Origin: Candidatus Multivoradales bacterium
GTDB taxonomy: Bacteria; Acidobacteriota; Thermoanaerobaculia; Multivoradales; Multivoraceae
Length of the DNA stretch: 64,000 nucleotides
Assembly: GCA_965223325.1 (NCBI GenBank)
Contig: CBDCWI010000001.1
Span: 2,048,001 to 2,112,000 of the forward strand
Reading direction: 5' to 3'
Part shown: positions 58,449-64,000 of the stretch, one piece after another
Position numbering within the stretch: position 1 is the stretch's first letter
Layout: the number at the start of each line of letters is the position of its first letter
Notes under the pieces: generated by a model
Told to the model about the DNA's origin: nothing
Databases searched by the model: none
The model's input: the letters and a program-made list of their open reading frames with translations, nothing else
Translations under genes and position numbers: made by a program

Positions 58449-61400
58449 ATGGCCGACGCGCCACTCCGCTTTCCCGAGCGATTGCCTCGCCCTGGAGAAC
58501 TCGTCCAGGTGCGCTCTCGAAAATGGCTCGTCGAGGAGGTGATCCCCGGCCCCACACCGGAAGCCTCCCCGCTCGTGCGCATCGGGTGTGCGGACGACGA
58601 CAATGTCGGCCGCCAGATGGAGGTCTACTGGAACCTGGAGCTCGACCGGCGGATTCTCGAGACTGAGGCCTGGGACGATCTGGCTGCCAACGGCTTCGAC
58701 CACCCCGCGCTGTTCTCAGCCTTCTTGCACACTCTACGCTGGAACTGCGTGACCGCGACGGATCCGAACCTCTTTCAAGCACCGTTTCGGGCGGGAATCA
58801 AGATCGACGCCTACCAGATGGAGCCGCTACGCAAAGCGCTCAAGCTACCTCGCGTCAATCTGTTCATCGCTGACGACACCGGCCTCGGAAAGACCATCGA
58901 AGCAGGTCTCATCGCACGCGAGCTGCTCCTGCGAAAGAAGGCGAAGACCATTGTCGTCGCGGCACCGCCTTCTGTTCTAGAACAGTGGCGCGGAGAACTC
59001 GAGCACCGCTTCGGGCTCGTCTTCGAGATTCTCGATCGCAGCTACGTCGCCCGCATGCGCCGCGATCGTGGCTTCGGAGTCAACCCCTGGCGTACCCATA
59101 GCCGCTTCCTCGTCTCCCATAGGCTCCTGGCCGAGCCCGCCTACGCGGAGCCAATGCGGGAGTGGCTCGGGGAACTACTTCCTGGAAGCCTGCTCATTCT
59201 CGACGAGGCGCACCACGCGGCGCCTTCGAGCGGTGGTCGCTACGGCATCGAGAGCAAGTTCACTCGGGCAGTCCGTGACCTGGCACGACGGTTCGAGCAC
59301 CGTTTGTTCCTCTCAGCGACACCCCACAATGGCCACTCCAGCAGCTTCTCCACCCTGCTCGAGATCCTCGACCCGCATCGCTTCACTCGCGGTGTGAAGA
59401 TCCGCGGCAAGAGCTCCCTCAACGAAGTAATGGTGCGCCGGCTGAAGGAAGACATCCGAGCGGTTCAGGGAGGCTTTCCCAAGCGGGTGGTTGAGCGCGT
59501 CGTGCTCGAAAACCTACCCGACGACTCACCAGAGCTCGTCCTTTCACGCCTGCTCGCCGACTACCGTGCTCTCCGAGAGACGCGGTTCAAAGAAGCAAGC
59601 CGCAGCGCTCGAACGGCTGCCGGGCTGCTCGTCGTGGGCCTCCAGCAGCGCCTTCTATCTTCCACGGAGGCCTTCGCTCGTAGCCTCCACGTGCACCGTC
59701 GGACGGTCGAGCGCCACTGGGAGAAGGAACAAGAAAAGGCCCCTGCGAAAGCGGGGTTTGTCCAGGAGCAAGCCGAGCTGTACACCACTTCTTCGGACGC
59801 CGAAGACGAACGTGCGGATCTGCGCGACGACCAGCTGGAGGCCGAGGAGGTCTTACAGCTCGAAACCGTGACGGCCGCGAGCGAAGCTGCAATCGAACAA
59901 CACGCGGCCGCGCGTGACTCCTGGCGGAAGGAGCAGGACCTGCTCGAGCGCATGACGGCGATCGCTGAAGAGCACCGCACCCTTCCAGACGCCAAGGTCG
60001 GGTTCCTCCTCAATTGGCTTCGCGAGCACCTGTGCCCAGACCTTCCGCCTCTCGGCGAACGCCCGAGCGGCAATCCCCCTCGCTGGCTGGAACGTCGCGT
60101 TTTGATCTTTACTGAGAACCGGCAGGGCACGAAGAACTACCTGCGCGAGATCCTCGAACATGCAATCGAGCACACCGAGGAACCACAGCACCGAATCGAA
60201 GTCATCGACGGGCTGGTCGCGAGCCAGCGCCGCAAGGAGATCCAGCGGCGGTTCAACACCCACCCGAGCAAAGACCCGCTTCGAATCCTCATTGCCACCG
60301 ATGCGGCACGCGAGGGGCTCAACTTCCAGGCACACTGCACTGACCTGTTCCACTTCGACCTACCGTGGAACCCGGGCCGCATCGAGCAGCGGAACGGACG
60401 CATCGACCGGAAGCTTCAGCCAGCTGCCGAAGTCCGATGCCACTACTTCGTTCTACCCCAGCGCGCCGAAGACCGAGTACTCGACGTTCTGGTCCGTAAG
60501 ACGGAGACCATCAAGCGCGAGCTCGGTAGCCTTTCCAAAGTCCTCGAAGACGAGATCGAGTTGCAGCTCAACACCGAGGGCATCCGTCACGAGGCGGCGG
60601 ATGCCATGGCCGAGCGCATCGAAGCCGTCGACCTGGACGAGCAGGTCCGTCGAACCGCAGCCGAGGAACTCGACGCTGCCCGCGAACGCCAGGAAGACCT
60701 GAAGGGACAGATCGAGCGTTGCCGGACGCTCCTCGCGCGCTCCCGCGAGTGGGTACAGTTTCAGTCCGAACCTTTTCGCAAAGCATTGTCGGCGTCCCTC
60801 GAGATCCTCGGAGCTGAACCACTTCAGCGAGTGGAGACCGCAGACGGCGCCACCGCCTGGGAGTTTCCAAGGCTCGATCGTCGCGCCCAGACCGACGCCA
60901 GCTGGGCGGCCACCATCGACACTCTCCGGCCGCCACGCCCGCCCGGCCAGAAGGTCCTCGAGTGGCGAAAGGAAGCACTCCCGCGCCCAATCGTTTTTGA
61001 AGACGCCGGCGTCCTCACCGACGACACCGTGCATATGCACCTCGAGCAGCGGGTCGCGCAGCGCCTCCTCGCACGCTTCCGTTCGCAGGGCTTCGTCTAT
61101 CACGATCTTTCCCGCGCCTGCCTCGCTCAAAGCCGCGACTCGATCCCCCGCCTCATTCTTCTTGGCCGGCTCTCGCTCTACGGGCGCGGAGCAGAACGCC
61201 TGCACGAGGAACTCGTCCCGCTCACCGCGCGCTGGATCGAGCCCAGCCAGCGCAGCGGCGCACTCCAGTGCTACGCGCGCGAAGCCGAAAACCGCACGCT
61301 CAACCTTCTCGACGAGGTTCTTGAACGGGGCGGCCGCATTCCCGACGACGTCGTCCAGCGCCGGCTTCTCGAGTCAGCAGCCCAGGACATAGGAGACCTC

Positions 61401-61751
61401 CTGCCACAACTCGAGGCTCGGGGCCGGGAGCTTGCAGCCGCGGCCACCAAAAAGCTTCAACAGCGTGGCGAACGCGAAGCGCGCTCACTCCACGAAACGC
61501 TCACCGTTCAGCGCAAGCGGGTGCTGCAGGAAGTCAAGCGGCACGAGAACGACTTCGACCAGCTGACCCTCGGCTTCAAAGAGGACGAGCGCCGCCAGCT
61601 GGAGAGCCATATGCGCTCCTGGCGGAACCGACTCGAGCAGTTCGACGCCGATCTCGAACAGGAACCGCAGCGCATCTCGAGCTTCTACGAAGTCCAGGCA
61701 GAGCGCCTGGAGCCCGTCGGGCTCGTCTATCTATGGCCCGACACCAACTAG
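58449..61751 (+). CDS. drmD: DISARM class I SNF2-like helicase DrmD
   Basis: PGELVQVRSR.W.V, LFQAPFRAGI.I.AYQ.EPL.KAL.LPRVNLFIADDTGLGKTIEAG, DEAHH, LSATPHNG, ATDAAREGLNFQ, WNPGRIEQRNGRIDR; ends EPVGLVYLWP. Confidence 0.93.
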   Translation: MADAPLRFPERLPRPGELVQVRSRKWLVEEVIPGPTPEASPLVRIGCADDDNVGRQMEVYWNLELDRRILETEAWDDLAANGFDHPALFSAFLHTLRWNCVTATDPNLFQAPFRAGIKIDAYQMEPLRKALKLPRVNLFIADDTGLGKTIEAGLIARELLLRKKAKTIVVAAPPSVLEQWRGELEHRFGLVFEILDRSYVARMRRDRGFGVNPWRTHSRFLVSHRLLAEPAYAEPMREWLGELLPGSLLILDEAHHAAPSSGGRYGIESKFTRAVRDLARRFEHRLFLSATPHNGHSSSFSTLLEILDPHRFTRGVKIRGKSSLNEVMVRRLKEDIRAVQGGFPKRVVERVVLENLPDDSPELVLSRLLADYRALRETRFKEASRSARTAAGLLVVGLQQRLLSSTEAFARSLHVHRRTVERHWEKEQEKAPAKAGFVQEQAELYTTSSDAEDERADLRDDQLEAEEVLQLETVTAASEAAIEQHAAARDSWRKEQDLLERMTAIAEEHRTLPDAKVGFLLNWLREHLCPDLPPLGERPSGNPPRWLERRVLIFTENRQGTKNYLREILEHAIEHTEEPQHRIEVIDGLVASQRRKEIQRRFNTHPSKDPLRILIATDAAREGLNFQAHCTDLFHFDLPWNPGRIEQRNGRIDRKLQPAAEVRCHYFVLPQRAEDRVLDVLVRKTETIKRELGSLSKVLEDEIELQLNTEGIRHEAADAMAERIEAVDLDEQVRRTAAEELDAARERQEDLKGQIERCRTLLARSREWVQFQSEPFRKALSASLEILGAEPLQRVETADGATAWEFPRLDRRAQTDASWAATIDTLRPPRPPGQKVLEWRKEALPRPIVFEDAGVLTDDTVHMHLEQRVAQRLLARFRSQGFVYHDLSRACLAQSRDSIPRLILLGRLSLYGRGAERLHEELVPLTARWIEPSQRSGALQCYAREAENRTLNLLDEVLERGGRIPDDVVQRRLLESAAQDIGDLLPQLEARGRELAAAATKKLQQRGEREARSLHETLTVQRKRVLQEVKRHENDFDQLTLGFKEDERRQLESHMRSWRNRLEQFDADLEQEPQRISSFYEVQAERLEPVGLVYLWPDTN

Positions 61752-61778
61752 CCCGGCACAACCAGAGCGAGGATCGAC

Positions 61779-64000
61779 GTGACAAGGACAGATTCGACGG
61801 TATCGGCACATCTGGAGTGGCTGGGTTTCGTGCAACCGAAAGGGCTGGTGGTTTCCCCCATTGCCCTCCAGCGAGCGGGCGCAACTCTCGAGAGTCGAGA
61901 CACCGAGGGGCAGCGCCTCCTCCGGGAGTGCGTCGAATCCCGTCGTTTTGCGCCCGCCAACGACGACGCCCCCTGCCTGCCCTGTTTTCGATCGTTCGCC
62001 CAACAGGTCCTCGGCTGGAGCTTCTCGCCAAGAGGCTACTGCGGAACCGAAGAACAGCCCGTACCCGACGAACTACGCGTCTTCCTGGCCGACTATGGAA
62101 CGACCCTCGCCCCCGACTTCGCGGTTCGCGAGCTCTCCCCCGCCGAAGGTTCCTCCTCCTGGCAGCTGCTGGTTCAGGTACTCGAGCCCGGCCAGGACTT
62201 CGATACTGCAACGCGCGACAACGGCCAACTCGACGCCTCACCCCACGGCCGTATGGAGCGCCTGCTTCGGCAGACCAGTGTTCCCGCCGGCCTACTCTTC
62301 AATGGCCGATCCCTCCGCCTGATCTCCGCACCGCGAGGCGAGAGCTCGGGCTGGCTCGATTTCGCAGTCGCGGAAATGGTGGAAACAGCAGGCCGACCCA
62401 TTTGCGCCGCCCTCCGGCTCCTCTTGAGCGAGCAACGCCTGCTGGCGCTGCCCACCGGCGAACGACTGGCAGCTCTACTGGCCGAGAGCCGGCTCTACCA
62501 GAACGAGGTCAGTGAGCGCCTGGCCGAGCAGGTTCTGCACGCCCTCTACGAACTCGTGCGTGGGCTCCAGGCCGCACATGACCAGAGCCGCGGGCAGCTT
62601 CTCGCCGACCTCCTCCGAGACCGCCCCGATGAGATCTACCACTCACTTCTGACCGTTCTCATGCGCCTGGTGTTCATTCTCTATGCGGAGGAGCGCGACA
62701 TGTTGCCGCGCGACAACGCCTTCGTCGAGCACTACTCCCTCGCGTCGCTCTTTGAACGGCTGCGCGAAGACGCGGCGCTCTACCCAGACACCATGGACCA
62801 ACGGTTCGGTGCCTGGGCTCAGCTACTTGTTCTCTTCCGGCTGGTGCACGATGGAGACAGCCGCAACAACCTGAAGTTGCCCCCGCGCTACGGAGTGCTC
62901 TTCGACCCCGACCGCTATCCCTTTCTCGAAGGGCGCATCGACGGCGGCGCCCGCCAGATCAACTGCGGCATCGAGGTACCCCTGGTTCCCGATGGCACTG
63001 TTTACCGTGCACTCAGAAAGCTCATGGTGCTTGAAGGGGAGCGGATTTCGTACAGGGCACTCGATGTCGAGCAGATTGGCTCCGTTTACGAGACCATGAT
63101 GGGTTTCCGGCTCGAGCGAGCGACTGGCCGCTCAATCGCCATCAAAGCGCAGAAGAAGCATGGCGCACCGACGACGATCGATCTAGAAGCCCTGCTCGGC
63201 GTCGAGGGCGGGAAACGCAAGAAGTGGCTCGTCGACCGAACCAGCCGCAAGCCCTCCGACAAGGTCGCCAAAGCAACAAAGGCGGCCCGCACCCTCGAAG
63301 AACTGCACGCTGCCCTCGAGCCCATCGCCGATCGCCAGGCGACTCCCGAGCTGGTACCCAAAGACGCCATGGTGCTGCAGCCCAGTGAAGACCGCCGCAA
63401 GTCCGGCTCGCACTACACCCCGCAGACTCTGACAAGGCCCATTGTCCGCGCGACCCTCAGGCCTGTACTCGACAGTTTGCGTTCCGCCGACGGCCAGAGC
63501 CCAGAACCCGAGCAGATTCTCGCGCTCAAGGTGTGCGACCCGGCCATGGGATCGGGCGCCTTTTTAGTGGAGACCTGCCGCCAGCTGGCAGACGCTCTCA
63601 TCGAAGCGTGGCATACCCACAACGCGGTGCCCGAAATCCCTCCGGATGAAGACGAGGTTCTCCTGGCTCGTCGCATGGTCGCCAAGCGTTGCCTCTACGG
63701 TGTCGATCGCAACGAAGTCGCAGTCGACCTGGCCAAGATGTCCATCTGGCTTGTGACGCTGGCGCGCCAGCACGAACTCCTGTTTCTCGACCACGCGCTG
63801 CGGCACGGGGACTCGCTCGTCGGTCTCGATCGCAGGCAACTCGACGCCCTGCACTGGGACGGTTCCCAGCCAGTCCTCGAACACCTCGGGGTGCGCGAGC
63901 CGGTAGAGCAAGCGCTGGAACAACGCCTGCAGATCCGGCAAGCGAGCGAATCGGTGCCTGACTGGGAACTGCGTGACTCCTGGAAGAACGTCGAGGAGGC
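61779..64000 (+). CDS. drmMI: DISARM class I N6-adenine DNA methyltransferase DrmMI (Eco57I / type IIG-like), truncated by the window end
   Basis: Not in the ORF track. Manual translation from GTG 61779 gives AHLEWLGFVQPKGLVVSP, MRLVFILYAEER, SYRALDVEQIGSVYETMMG, RRKSGSHYTP, VCDPAMGSGAFLVE, LYGVDRN..AV.LAKMSIWL and LDHALRHGDSL. Confidence 0.9.
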   Translation, partial: MTRTDSTVSAHLEWLGFVQPKGLVVSPIALQRAGATLESRDTEGQRLLRECVESRRFAPANDDAPCLPCFRSFAQQVLGWSFSPRGYCGTEEQPVPDELRVFLADYGTTLAPDFAVRELSPAEGSSSWQLLVQVLEPGQDFDTATRDNGQLDASPHGRMERLLRQTSVPAGLLFNGRSLRLISAPRGESSGWLDFAVAEMVETAGRPICAALRLLLSEQRLLALPTGERLAALLAESRLYQNEVSERLAEQVLHALYELVRGLQAAHDQSRGQLLADLLRDRPDEIYHSLLTVLMRLVFILYAEERDMLPRDNAFVEHYSLASLFERLREDAALYPDTMDQRFGAWAQLLVLFRLVHDGDSRNNLKLPPRYGVLFDPDRYPFLEGRIDGGARQINCGIEVPLVPDGTVYRALRKLMVLEGERISYRALDVEQIGSVYETMMGFRLERATGRSIAIKAQKKHGAPTTIDLEALLGVEGGKRKKWLVDRTSRKPSDKVAKATKAARTLEELHAALEPIADRQATPELVPKDAMVLQPSEDRRKSGSHYTPQTLTRPIVRATLRPVLDSLRSADGQSPEPEQILALKVCDPAMGSGAFLVETCRQLADALIEAWHTHNAVPEIPPDEDEVLLARRMVAKRCLYGVDRNEVAVDLAKMSIWLVTLARQHELLFLDHALRHGDSLVGLDRRQLDALHWDGSQPVLEHLGVREPVEQALEQRLQIRQASESVPDWELRDSWKNVEE

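Noticed and set aside
1-64000. Numerous long alternative-frame and antisense ORFs in the track (e.g. 3012-4307, 5312-6394, 7135-8403, 21534-23234, 36630-37898, 52635-53711)
   Set aside because: They shadow well-supported genes, are Arg/Pro/Ala-rich and carry no motifs, as expected in high-GC DNA.
1-64000. CRISPR array, tRNA, rRNA, integrase or transposase
   Set aside because: I saw no repeat-spacer structure, cloverleaf/T-loop signature or recombinase/transposase motif. A by-eye scan could miss short RNAs.

Overview
High-GC bacterial chromosomal window. An orphan ADOP-type permease, Oar-like TonB receptors, a VPS10-type hydrolase and C-terminal FxDxFE..AWS tails suggest Acidobacteriota, possibly Thermoanaerobaculia (inference). 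From left to right: a truncated TonB receptor, serine hydrolase, lysA and mddA-like gene; a Planctomycete-type GDSL / heme-cupredoxin dehydrogenase / ThuA module; DUF1800-DUF1501; two glycosyltransferases; a RES-Xre TA pair; a probable peptidoglycan-salvage cluster (serine hydrolase, NamZ, YdjC/ChbG, BadF-type sugar kinase, TonB receptor, Tat LD-carboxypeptidase); an LvaAB-like fusion plus LvaC-like acyl-CoA dehydrogenase; an M20 peptidase; an RHH + DUF6036 nucleotidyltransferase pair; a complete oprP-pstSCAB-phoU-phoBR locus with visible 11-bp Pho-box-like repeats and a PhoR lacking HAMP/PAS; a lipase-like protein + lipoprotein pair; and the start of a defence island (AAA_14/DUF4143, HNH nuclease, class I DISARM drmD and drmMI, the latter running off the window). 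Two gene relics not in the ORF track were found by eye: a DUF1800 fragment, and a frameshifted Calx-beta-like end carrying the FADGFE..AWS tail. No tRNA, rRNA, CRISPR array, integrase or transposase was seen. All family calls come from motif recognition, not database searches.
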